A DNA stretch of 27,639 nt from a virus (lineage: Duplodnaviria > Caudoviricetes). The position numbers were made by a program, and so were the translations under genes. The notes below the pieces were generated by a model that did no database searches, was not told the DNA's origin, and worked only from the letters and a program-made list of their open reading frames with translations. Location of the stretch: IMG/VR virus record IMGVR_UViG_3300036856_000054, positions 1 to 27,639 of that record; one strand, 5' to 3'. Positions 17,367 to 25,263 of this stretch are shown piece by piece. How positions within the stretch are numbered: position 1 is the first letter of the stretch; each line of letters begins with the position of its first letter.

Positions 17367-17377
17367 GATCCTAGCAG
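17367..17377 (-). promoter_or_regulatory. CTGCTAGGATC extended -10, copy 1; 8 nt to ATG 17359
   Basis: Exact 11-mer found three times (17367, 21976, 22190). Confidence 0.65.
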
Positions 17378-17417
17378 GCCGCGTACCTGGGTTGGTCGTG
17401 GCTCGTTAGAGGCGGTT

Positions 17418-18815
17418 ATGAGGTTCCCCCGCGAGCATCCATGTTATCGGCGAGAGGTAATCGATCCGCTGCGGATCGTTGATTTTCACCGCTTAGATGC
17501 TTCCGGTGAGACCTATCTCGATTACGCTGGGGCCTGCCCTTATCCCGAGTCGCTGGTCATGGATCATCTGTGGCAGCTGCGCGATAGCCTGCACGGCAAC
17601 CCGCATTCGGATTCTCCGGCGAGTCTGCGGTCAACCGCTGCGCTGACCCGAGCCCGGGCAGCCGTGCTGGAATTTTTCAACGCCGACCCCGACACCTATG
17701 ACGTGGTATTCACCGCCAATGCCACAGCCGCTATGGCGCTGGTAGGCGCGGCCTATCCGTTCGATGATTTCCTTTATACCGCTGATGCGCACAATTCATT
17801 GCTCGGTATCCGAGAATACGCCCGGGAGCGCAAAGCATCGATCCGCTATCTCCCATTGAACAACCAATTGCGCATACCAACCACTGAACTACTCGCGCGA
17901 CTCACACTACCGGTAGGCGAGCAACGCCTGCTTGGATTTCCCGCGCAGTGCAATTTTACTGGCGTGCAACACCCACTCGAATGGATCGAACACGCCCACG
18001 CCCACGGCTGGCGGGTATTGGTTGATGCTGCCACATTCGCGTCAACCAATACTCTCGACTTGTCAGCACATCCAGCTGATTACGTGGCGGTGTCCTGGTA
18101 CAAGATTTTCGGGTATCCCACCGGCATCGGCTCGCTGATCGCCCGCCATCATGCCCTAGCAGCTCTGGAGCAGCCCAGCCATGCCGGGGGGACCACCAAG
18201 GCCGCCTCGGTCGCCGCTGACTGGTATCACCTCGTAGCCGGCGCCGAGGGCTTCGAGCACGGCACGGTGGATTACCTGGCGATGCCGGCCGTCGCGGCGG
18301 GCTGTGCGTGGATCCGCGAGCTCGGGATCGAGGCCATCCATGACCGAGTGCGGGTACTCACCCAGTGGACGATCGGTGCCCTCACCCAGCAGCGGCACAG
18401 CAACGGAGCGCCGCTGGTGCGTATCTATGGCCCGCTGGGCATGCGGCTGCGCGGCGGCTGCGTGGCTTTCAACTTCCTGGATCCGGCCGGCGCTCTGATC
18501 GATGACCGGGTGGTCAGCCAGGCCGCCGGTAGATGGAAGATCTCGCTGCGTACCGGCTGCTTCTGCGCTCCCGGTGTCGGCGAAGCAGCCTTCGGCCTCG
18601 GCTCGGCGCAGTTGGCTGCGGCCGGCGAGCTACCGCAGGGCACCCCGCTCGATGACTACCTGCGCGCGCTGGGGATGCCCACCGGCGGAGCCATACGGAT
18701 CTCCTACGGGCTGGCCAGCACCGCGATAGACGCCGAGCGATTCATCGCTTTTGCCGAGTCGTTCATCGACCAACACCCGAGTCCTGGTGATCTACCACAG
18801 CGGGTACACTGTTGA
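17418..18815 (+). CDS. Class V PLP aminotransferase, molybdenum cofactor sulfurase / cysteine desulfurase-like
   Basis: YLDYAG, HGNPHS, FTANAT, HNSLLGIRE, FPAQCNFTG, VLVDAA, SWYKIFGYPTGIG (PLP Lys), LRTGCFC (catalytic Cys); start ATG 17418 after GAGG. Confidence 0.9.
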   Translation: MRFPREHPCYRREVIDPLRIVDFHRLDASGETYLDYAGACPYPESLVMDHLWQLRDSLHGNPHSDSPASLRSTAALTRARAAVLEFFNADPDTYDVVFTANATAAMALVGAAYPFDDFLYTADAHNSLLGIREYARERKASIRYLPLNNQLRIPTTELLARLTLPVGEQRLLGFPAQCNFTGVQHPLEWIEHAHAHGWRVLVDAATFASTNTLDLSAHPADYVAVSWYKIFGYPTGIGSLIARHHALAALEQPSHAGGTTKAASVAADWYHLVAGAEGFEHGTVDYLAMPAVAAGCAWIRELGIEAIHDRVRVLTQWTIGALTQQRHSNGAPLVRIYGPLGMRLRGGCVAFNFLDPAGALIDDRVVSQAAGRWKISLRTGCFCAPGVGEAAFGLGSAQLAAAGELPQGTPLDDYLRALGMPTGGAIRISYGLASTAIDAERFIAFAESFIDQHPSPGDLPQRVHC

Positions 18816-18818
18816 TGC

Positions 18819-19139
18819 ATGAAACCGCGTGTTGGGCGAGCCAGCGATGAATATCGGCCCATTTGCGTGTACGAATCCCCACCAGACATTTTGCAATGTG
18901 CGCTACCGGCGACTGTGCATGTCATGGTGCGGGATACCCACTACGGCATCGTAGCCCTTGCTTCCTGCGACAATCATCTAGCGATAGCGCTGGCCGCCGG
19001 GGAGCTCATCATGCTACATCGATATGCAGGTGTATGCGGCTTTCCCGGGACACTTTGGGATGAGCAAACAAACCAATGTGTGCTCGATGATAGCGGGCAA
19101 GAAAGAGCAGCTACTCTCCGGCGAGCTGAGCACTATTAG
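18819..19139 (+). CDS. Cys/His-containing hypothetical protein
   Basis: 3 nt after the sulfurase stop; six Cys, including CDNH and CGFPG. Confidence 0.6.
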   Translation: MKPRVGRASDEYRPICVYESPPDILQCALPATVHVMVRDTHYGIVALASCDNHLAIALAAGELIMLHRYAGVCGFPGTLWDEQTNQCVLDDSGQERAATLRRAEHY

Positions 19140-19140
19140 A

Positions 19141-19260
19141 TCACCAGTGCAACACCATATGCAGGATCGCAGTCATCAGAGTACAGAGCACCCCAAACGC
19201 GAGTACCAAGAGCAGCGTTTGGCATATCTCGCCGCACTCAAACCGCAACCATTCCAGCAC
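19141..19260 (-). CDS. 39-aa single-TM peptide (MLEWLRFECGEICQTLLLVLAFGVLCTLMTAILHMVLHW)
   Basis: GTG overlaps the upstream TAG; hydrophobic; ends convergently 1 nt from the + gene. Confidence 0.5.
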   Translation of the reverse strand: MLEWLRFECGEICQTLLLVLAFGVLCTLMTAILHMVLHW

Positions 19261-19493
19261 TATTTGTTGTCCGCGTAGGGTGTCTCGCTTGCGGTTGGAT
19301 CACCGCCGGTGGGCGGTTCATCCCACATTCCGCGCTCCACATCATCCCCCTCGGCGGCGGCGGGCTCGCTATCAGCAGCTCTGCGCACCCCCGACTGTGC
19401 AAGTCCCCGGTAGGCTACACCAGCTGGCTTCGGTTGACCAGACCCCCGCGCGGCCGGCGTTCGCACCGAATAACCCGGAGTGGGTCGACGCAT
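19260..19493 (-). CDS. Small disordered protein, basic N-terminus / acidic C-terminus
   Basis: SD GAGGG before ATG 19493: MRRPTPGYSVR...GVRRAADSEPAAAEGDD... Confidence 0.6.
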   Translation of the reverse strand: MRRPTPGYSVRTPAARGSGQPKPAGVAYRGLAQSGVRRAADSEPAAAEGDDVERGMWDEPPTGGDPTASETPYADNK

Positions 19494-19574
19494 GATTGCC
19501 CTCACTTTCTTGAAAGTGTAATACGCGATTACCTGAGAACTCATCGACCAGGGAATGCAGGATCACAAAGCGAT

Positions 19575-19922
19575 TCACGAGGGCGGAATGATTAACTGAT
19601 TCGGAGTCTCAGGTGACTGACCATTACCCTGCTGGGATAGTAGTTTCCGCCGCTCGTTTTTCAGATCTAGCACCTGCTCGCGGACTATCCTCTTGATAAT
19701 CGCTTCGTCCACACCGATCGGAACCATGAAAACACGCTGAAGATACGACCCTAACGCGTGATGCGCGGGAACGTGTGTGTACACCCAGAATCCGGTTTGC
19801 GCGCCTACGGGGGTATTGATGACATTCCAGCCCAGTTCCCAGGTCAAGTCATTTTCGTTATCGACCTCGGCCATTGCTTCCGCGAATAGCGGCCGGGCGT
19901 TTTCCAGCAGTTCATTTGCCAT
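19575..19922 (-). CDS. Hypothetical protein
   Basis: SD GGGAGG; globular composition. Confidence 0.7.
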   Translation of the reverse strand: MANELLENARPLFAEAMAEVDNENDLTWELGWNVINTPVGAQTGFWVYTHVPAHHALGSYLQRVFMVPIGVDEAIIKRIVREQVLDLKNERRKLLSQQGNGQSPETPNQLIIPPS

Positions 19923-19940
19923 TGATCGCCTCCCAGGTTA

Positions 19941-20462
19941 TCAAGCAGAGCACCCCAGTATGCCTACATCGTAGGTGACCGGACTCGAACCGGCCGAATT
20001 GGCGATGTGAAGGAGATCAGCAGTCGTCGCCGTCACCACATAGCCGGTAGCGTCCGCCGAGCCGCACACCCAGCATATCGCTGCGCCAGGCCGGACGATC
20101 GCGGTATGCGTGAGCGCGCCGAACAATCCCGCCACACCGTTAGCCGCAGCATTGCCCACCACCACGTTGTTTGTGTTGCCACTCGCGGCGGCTATCACCA
20201 GTGCTTTGATCCGAACGAAAGTCAGGGTATTGCCGAGTGGGTCAAGCAGCACCCCGGCGAGATCCAGATCCTCGGCGGCGCTGGCCACTAGTGTGCGCTG
20301 CCCCCAGTACACCAGATCGGCGTTACCCGCGCCGGTGCCATTCGTGAGCGCGCTGCCATAGGCTTTCGTCAAAGCATCGGTCGCGCTTCCGATCACCCCG
20401 GAGGTATTGGTCAGTGTGGCGTTGAGCGTAATCGATGCCAGCGAAGCCAGACTAGTGGCCAT
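19941..20462 (-). CDS. Virion structural/decoration protein, paralog of 4206-4724
   Basis: Shared motifs across the whole length (173 vs 172 aa). Confidence 0.7.
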   Translation of the reverse strand: MATSLASLASITLNATLTNTSGVIGSATDALTKAYGSALTNGTGAGNADLVYWGQRTLVASAAEDLDLAGVLLDPLGNTLTFVRIKALVIAAASGNTNNVVVGNAAANGVAGLFGALTHTAIVRPGAAICWVCGSADATGYVVTATTADLLHIANSAGSSPVTYDVGILGCSA

Positions 20463-20492
20463 GAAAGATACCCCCGATACATCCCCGATTGG

Positions 20493-20684
20493 CTAGTCAC
20501 GACCAGCGACCCACGCCATGACCTTTGCGTAACAGTCGTCGCACACTAGTGCCTTGTCATTGAAATCGGCCGGCGGCAGCTGTGACCAATTGTCGGCATA
20601 TTCCGCCAGCGCCTCGGCATCAGTCCACCCTTTGATGAACTCACCACCACACACGCCGCATACGAATGTCCGGTCCAACTGCAT
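20493..20684 (-). CDS. Small Zn-binding protein (CxxC...CxxC)
   Basis: FVCGVCGGEF...VCDDCY. Confidence 0.7.
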   Translation of the reverse strand: MQLDRTFVCGVCGGEFIKGWTDAEALAEYADNWSQLPPADFNDKALVCDDCYAKVMAWVAGRD

Positions 20685-20687
20685 TCC

Positions 20688-20918
20688 CTATGGCATCACT
20701 TGCTTGACCTTATCCAGGTGGCCGCTCTCATCAGCACCGGTATCGGAGAATACCCAGGGCTCATGCCCGTCGCCGAGCAAGACGAACTCGTGTGTATCCG
20801 GGTCGTATCCCAGGGCGTAGCCTCTCGGGTGAAACACCGTCCGGTTGATCAGCCAGAGCAAGCCATCAGCCCGCAGATCCACGGGACGCCGAGAGCTCGA
20901 TCCTGCGGCAACCAGCAC
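20688..20918 (-). CDS. Conserved-looking small phage protein
   Basis: GLLWLINRTVFHPRGYALG motif; SD AGGAGG. Confidence 0.7.
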   Translation of the reverse strand: MLVAAGSSSRRPVDLRADGLLWLINRTVFHPRGYALGYDPDTHEFVLLGDGHEPWVFSDTGADESGHLDKVKQVMP

Positions 20919-20939
20919 AGCGATACCTCCTGCCGCTGG

Positions 20940-21968
20940 TCATCGAACAGGCGCGGAGAACTGGGCGTGCAGCTTGAGTAGGTCGTCCAGCGAAGGCCCG
21001 CCGGGTGTCTCGGTGATGCGTGACAAGCCGCACTCGGCGGCCACCGCGAACGAGCGTCCACTCCCGAGCAGCGCGGCTTCGATCAGGCGCTGCGCGCACG
21101 CCGCGTCTCCGGTGTAGGGAATGACCCCCAGGGCAAGCCCGTAGTCTCCCAGTCCGTGCAGCGGGCGGTAGTACTCTGGGTCAACTCCTGATACGGCATC
21201 TGCGGGCATCGACACGAAATCCGGCGCGGCGGCATTGGCCAGGGTCATGCACGTGTTCAGGTCGCGCGGCCGGGTAAAGTGGGTGTGGTGGTAATCGCCG
21301 TAGCAGGTGTGCAGATGCCGGGGTATCCCGGCCGGGATCAGGCTCATGGCGTTGCGTAGACTGTCGGCTATCCCCAACTCATCGGCGAGAGACTCGGTTG
21401 CGGCAAAAGCACCCTCGATCACGGCCACCTCGATAGCCGCATCGAGCTGAATAATCAGGTCTTGGGGAGGAATAATCGTGATGTCATCGATCTCGTCAGC
21501 CATGGTGGCCTCAAGAATCGGCAGGAAGCGCGCCTGGTCATCGCGGTTGACAAACGTCACATCAATAGCGTACGGGGTAGGCAGGCATACCCGGAATTTG
21601 ACGCCAGGCGGGATGATTCCCTGGTCGCGCAGTGTTGCGAACACCTCGTAGGAGGCGGTGGCCGCTTTTGCGTAACCAAACGGCGGTACGTAGTCCACAG
21701 AAGAATCGATGCCGAGCACCGGGAATCCATCGTAAGCCGGGTCCGCGTTCGGTGGATTGGCCTGCCCCATCAGCGTGATGCCCGGCACGGCGAGTAGTTT
21801 AGGAACCAGCCGCACGATCCATTGGTCGCGCCAGTCGAATTCGCCGTCAGTCATCGACTCCTGGCGGTCACCCAGCGTGCGGGCCTGAGTGAGAAACGCG
21901 GTTTTGGCGTCCGGCACCGGAAGGCTGCCATTGAGATAAACACCGAGCACTCGGTCACTGATTGTCAT
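20940..21968 (-). CDS. Cobalamin-independent methionine synthase (MetE C-terminal / single-domain)-like Zn enzyme
   Basis: GSLP, TDGE, GYAKAATASY..F..LR..G.IP.GV.F.VCLPTP, IQLD, HLHTCYGD (His/Cys Zn ligands), AAECGL (third ligand). Confidence 0.85.
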   Translation of the reverse strand: MTISDRVLGVYLNGSLPVPDAKTAFLTQARTLGDRQESMTDGEFDWRDQWIVRLVPKLLAVPGITLMGQANPPNADPAYDGFPVLGIDSSVDYVPPFGYAKAATASYEVFATLRDQGIIPPGVKFRVCLPTPYAIDVTFVNRDDQARFLPILEATMADEIDDITIIPPQDLIIQLDAAIEVAVIEGAFAATESLADELGIADSLRNAMSLIPAGIPRHLHTCYGDYHHTHFTRPRDLNTCMTLANAAAPDFVSMPADAVSGVDPEYYRPLHGLGDYGLALGVIPYTGDAACAQRLIEAALLGSGRSFAVAAECGLSRITETPGGPSLDDLLKLHAQFSAPVR

Positions 21969-21975
21969 GGCCGAG

Positions 21976-21986
21976 GATCCTAGCAG
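21976..21986 (-). promoter_or_regulatory. CTGCTAGGATC extended -10, copy 2; 8 nt to ATG 21968
   Basis: Identical 11-mer and spacing to copy 1; no SD. Confidence 0.65.
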
Positions 21987-22004
21987 GCGCCCTACAGCGG
22001 ACGG

Positions 22005-22151
22005 TTACCGGGTGTGTCCGAACTCATCGGCCTGCGGAGAGTGAGCTGACTCCGCCGGGGCACGCCCGCAGGAGAATTCCGTGCATGATTCCGTGGGGTT
22101 AGGCTGTTCCTGGGATGCGAAAACACTGGTAAAGATCTGGGAAACCTGCAT
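22005..22151 (-). CDS. 48-aa peptide MQVSQIFTSVFASQEQPNPTESCTEFSCGRAPAESAHSPQADEFGHTR
   Basis: SD GAGGGAG; promoter copy 3 upstream; N-terminus matches 26033-26191. Confidence 0.6.
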   Translation of the reverse strand: MQVSQIFTSVFASQEQPNPTESCTEFSCGRAPAESAHSPQADEFGHTR

Positions 22152-22189
22152 AGCCGCGCTCCCTCGAAAATTGCGGGTCAGGACTGGAT

Positions 22190-22200
22190 GATCCTAGCAG
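22190..22200 (-). promoter_or_regulatory. CTGCTAGGATC extended -10, copy 3 (leadered transcript)
   Basis: Third exact copy, about 40 nt upstream of ATG 22151. Confidence 0.6.
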
Positions 22201-22229
22201 ACCACCCATCACAGGCAGTCAGCGGGGGC

Positions 22230-22345
22230 ACCACCCCTATACCATGATCATTTTCGGGGATTTTTATTCCTGGGGATCGAGAACCGAACCGGAGAGAACA
22301 TCGCCGGCTACTTGATCTCTAAAAAACTCGCCAGCCACGGCCACA
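22230..22345. other. Candidate cos/packaging-initiation region
   Basis: Non-coding AT-rich patch with A/T tracts (minus strand GAGTTTTTTAGAG...TTCTCTCC...ATAAAAATCCCCGAAAAT) between HNH and terS. Confidence 0.4.
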
Positions 22346-22464
22346 TCAACGGCTGCGATTACGTGCCCGCACCCCAGTGATAGCAAACGCCACGAACGAG
22401 GCGACACCAATCAGCACGCAATGCCGGCAGCGCATCGCAATTACCCTCCAAATGTTGTTCGCCA

Positions 22465-22992
22465 CTAGCCGTAATCATGCACGCGCACGAATTGCGCCCA
22501 GTCAGCCGGCGTCGTGCGGCGCGGGCTGGCGCGGGACGGCACATCGAGCTTGACCCGCTCGTAGCCGTAGGCGGCCAGCGAGCTGCACACCACGTGCCCG
22601 GGAGGGCCTTGGCCCTTCCAGTTCTGTCCCCACAGCTCTTGTGCGCCCAGCGCTGCCATGGCGTCGGCGACCACGACAGACCAGTCATAGGGCGTGCCCA
22701 GCAGCCCGAGCGCGAGCTCGGCCACACCAGCGCGCTGTGCGGGTGTCTTGGGCTGCCTGGCGTTGGTCAGGACATGCGGCGAATCGAGGTACGCGCTGGC
22801 AATGTGCCAGCCGACACCGCCGGGGCGACCCTCGATCACCCACCACGTGCCGTTGGCGTCCTGGTGGTGCACCACGGCAATGTGATCGATCAGGCTGGGA
22901 TTTCCGGCCAATGCGGATGCGGCGCTGATCCAGCGGCTCGCGCGGCGGGTGGTGTGCACTAGGAGAAGATCGCCGACATCGACAGTCACCAC
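22465..22992 (-). CDS. Permuted papain-like NlpC/P60 (YiiX/YebB-like) cysteine hydrolase
   Basis: GDLLLV, DHIAVV (His), VIEG, LGTPYDW, VVCSSL (Cys after His), TPAD. Confidence 0.85.
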   Translation of the reverse strand: MVTVDVGDLLLVHTTRRASRWISAASALAGNPSLIDHIAVVHHQDANGTWWVIEGRPGGVGWHIASAYLDSPHVLTNARQPKTPAQRAGVAELALGLLGTPYDWSVVVADAMAALGAQELWGQNWKGQGPPGHVVCSSLAAYGYERVKLDVPSRASPRRTTPADWAQFVRVHDYG

Positions 22993-23195
22993 CGCAATCC
23001 CCCATCACGTGTACACGCGGTTGCATAATCATTCGCGGCCGAGCGGCCACCGGCATGATCAGATGTCATAATGACCATTATCATGCGCGGCGAATCGACA
23101 TAACCGCAGGCCAGGAATTCGCGGCGGCAATATCCGTTTATGCATTGGCCACATCGTGGGAATGTCACCCACGGTAATGGATAGCCGGACCGCAT
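22986..23195 (-). CDS. Possible Cys-rich small protein
   Basis: CGQCINGYC...C; overlaps the start of the NlpC/P60 gene. Confidence 0.4.
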   Translation of the reverse strand: MRSGYPLPWVTFPRCGQCINGYCRREFLACGYVDSPRMIMVIMTSDHAGGRSAANDYATACTRDGGLRW

Positions 23196-23351
23196 ATCCA
23201 GCCCGAATGGCAGTCACCGAGCGTGAACGTCACCCGGGGTAACCGCCGAGGGCCATGATCAACGCGGGGGCGGCCACTCTGCGTTATGTGTCGGCACTGG
23301 TTGTCGAGAGAGAATGTCGGCGGGGAGGAACGCCCCTGAGCTGACCAGCCA

Positions 23352-23639
23352 TTATCCGTCTTTGTCAGAGTCGGACTGACCCATGCTGCCGGGTGCAACA
23401 TCGCTGGCGAACGGCTCATCATTCTCACCGAAGACGTTGGTATCCCGATCGACCTTGGGCCTGGCATCGCTGGCGCCATCATCAGGCGGGGGGACTTGTT
23501 CGATCTCCTCACCGTCAGAGCTGATGTTCAGCCCGTTGCGGCGCGTCTTGGCCGGGTAGCCGATGGTCGCTGGCGCGCGGCGGATCGTCACCCGTGGCGG
23601 TGTCGTGCTGCTGTAGGTGATGCGTGACCGCCGAGGCAT
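23352..23639 (-). CDS. Small disordered protein, basic N-terminus / acidic C-terminus
   Basis: MPRRSRITYSSTTPPRVTIRR...SSDGEEIEQVPPPDDG; 3 nt from the upstream stop. Confidence 0.65.
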   Translation of the reverse strand: MPRRSRITYSSTTPPRVTIRRAPATIGYPAKTRRNGLNISSDGEEIEQVPPPDDGASDARPKVDRDTNVFGENDEPFASDVAPGSMGQSDSDKDG

Positions 23640-23642
23640 TGA

Positions 23643-23831
23643 TCAGTCACCATCCGAGTCTTTGTCGTCGTCGCGGCGCTTGTCTTTGTCGTCGTCATCC
23701 GATTTGCTGTCGGAATCATCGGCGCGGCGGAGCTGACCAGCGATCGGCGCATTTCGCGCCAAGGTGGGAACGCTAGGCCGGCGTACTACGCCACGGGGGA
23801 TCGCGCTGCGGGCGGTCGAAATGTGCTTCAT
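23643..23831 (-). CDS. Small disordered protein with Asp/Lys-rich tail
   Basis: SD AGGAG; MKHISTARSAIPRGVVRR...LRRADDSDSKSDDDDKDKRRDDDKDSDGD. Confidence 0.7.
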   Translation of the reverse strand: MKHISTARSAIPRGVVRRPSVPTLARNAPIAGQLRRADDSDSKSDDDDKDKRRDDDKDSDGD

Positions 23832-23854
23832 CGTAAACTCCTGGTTTCGTGCCG

Positions 23855-24199
23855 TCAGAGGGTCTTATCTGTATCGGAAACGGTATCGGTATCGTCCGCC
23901 GCACTGCCGCTGAATACCGAGCCCACGGATTCGCCTTCGCTGCCCGGGATTTCCAGGGTGGCGCCGGATCCGCTGGTTTGCTCGGTCTTGCTGCTGGTGG
24001 CCGCGCGGCCGATGCGCACCTGCGGGAGGTCGCCCTCGGGATGGCGTGCTTTCTCCTGCGCGAGCAGGTGAGCCGCCTGGGTGTCGTCGTGAGCGTCCAC
24101 TCCGCTGCGCAGAGCCGCAGGTGTGACCACGGCGCGGGCCGTACGCGGGAAGCCGTACCGAACCGCGCCAGGCGCGCTCGGCGTGGGTTTGCGGGTCAT
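23855..24199 (-). CDS. Disordered protein, basic N-terminus / acidic Ser-rich C-terminus
   Basis: ATG 24199 coupled (ATGA) to the upstream stop; SD GAGAGG. Confidence 0.65.
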   Translation of the reverse strand: MTRKPTPSAPGAVRYGFPRTARAVVTPAALRSGVDAHDDTQAAHLLAQEKARHPEGDLPQVRIGRAATSSKTEQTSGSGATLEIPGSEGESVGSVFSGSAADDTDTVSDTDKTL

Positions 24200-24723
24200 C
24201 GTGGCGCCTCTCTGCTGGCCGTCCATTGCGTGGGATCGCCGATGCCGAACAGGCAGGATTGCGCGAAGTTGCACCAGCCGGGGCTGGGCAGTGTCATCCG
24301 CTCGCCAGCGGCGATCAGCGCGTCGAGCTCCGCCCGGCTGATGTGCAGCTCGCTGGCCAGCACACCGGCTACGTAATCGAGGGTGGCGCCCTCATGCGCC
24401 AGGGACAGCCGGTAGCGGTACAACTGGCGCAATAGCTCGATCGGCTCGCCGAGGTAGGTCAAGTCGTCGAAACCGCGCTCTGGCGCGCTGCCCCATGGTC
24501 CGATCACCACTCGCCATACATTCGGTTGGACTACCGAGCCATAGAGTGCCTGCCATTGCCCAGCGCTGCGCGCATCCGGCTCGTTGGCGTACAGAGCACG
24601 CATCTGCGCCTGAGCAGATTCCTCGGAGTCGTGGCATCCCAAAGGATCGCTCGAATCCTTTTTGAGCACAGCCCATGGTCTACTGGAGGGACAGCTCTCT
24701 GATTTGCTCACGTGATAGGGCAT
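24196..24723 (-). CDS. Protein with an N-terminal domain resembling one seen on phage prohead proteases
   Basis: MPYHV...WAVLKK....LGCH.SEESAQAQMRALYANE motif (family recalled); SD GGGAGG. Confidence 0.6.
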   Translation of the reverse strand: MPYHVSKSESCPSSRPWAVLKKDSSDPLGCHDSEESAQAQMRALYANEPDARSAGQWQALYGSVVQPNVWRVVIGPWGSAPERGFDDLTYLGEPIELLRQLYRYRLSLAHEGATLDYVAGVLASELHISRAELDALIAAGERMTLPSPGWCNFAQSCLFGIGDPTQWTASREAPR

Positions 24724-24728
24724 CAGAT

Positions 24729-24965
24729 CTACCCTCCCCTCGGGAGTTCCTCGATGTCAGCTTTCATGCTGTGCTCGATGTCTGCGAGCAAGTTATCGGA
24801 TGCCTCGGTCACGCTGGTATAACCGGGTCCAGATTGCCTGATCTCGGTACTGGCCGCCAGCCGGCGGAGCATGATAGCAAGACGGTAGATCGCCGTCCAT
24901 TGGTCGATCCGCACCAGCATCACTACAGGTCCAACAGATCTACGCAAGACAGCAGACCATAGCAA
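24729..24965 (-). CDS. Hypothetical protein (start uncertain)
   Basis: Fills the gap in the minus-strand operon. Confidence 0.45.
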   Translation of the reverse strand: MLWSAVLRRSVGPVVMLVRIDQWTAIYRLAIMLRRLAASTEIRQSGPGYTSVTEASDNLLADIEHSMKADIEELPRGG

Positions 24966-25246
24966 TTAGTGAACTCGTGATGATGACTGTTCTCGGTGTG
25001 AGTATTGTTCCCGCCGGTGGTATTATTGCCATTGTTCACGCCATCGGCTCGCTGCATCCCGCCATGGACTGGCGCAGCACCCGCGAACAGCGCCAGCACA
25101 ATGTAGAGCACTATGCCGATCACCACGAGCGAGATTCCCGCCGGGAAGCCATAGGGCACCACGAATCCAGACGTGAACGGCAGCACCGAAAGCAAAATCA
25201 GCACCAGCCCGAGTACGGCGACAATGATGCAAATCGTTCCGAGCAT
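24923..25246 (-). CDS. Two-TM membrane protein with Asn/His-rich tail
   Basis: SD GGGGAGG before ATG 25246; two hydrophobic helices. Confidence 0.7.
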   Translation of the reverse strand: MLGTICIIVAVLGLVLILLSVLPFTSGFVVPYGFPAGISLVVIGIVLYIVLALFAGAAPVHGGMQRADGVNNGNNTTGGNNTHTENSHHHEFTNCYGLLSCVDLLDL

Positions 25247-25263
25247 GCGACACCTCCCCTTTG

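Noticed and set aside
17325-17417. N-terminal extension of the PLP enzyme
   Set aside because: Overlaps the divergent gene and its promoter; ATG 17418 has a GAGG SD
23284-23352. 22-aa ORF MAGQLRGVPPRRHSLSTTSADT coupled to the 23352 stop, sharing AGQLR with 23643-23831
   Set aside because: Too short to distinguish from chance
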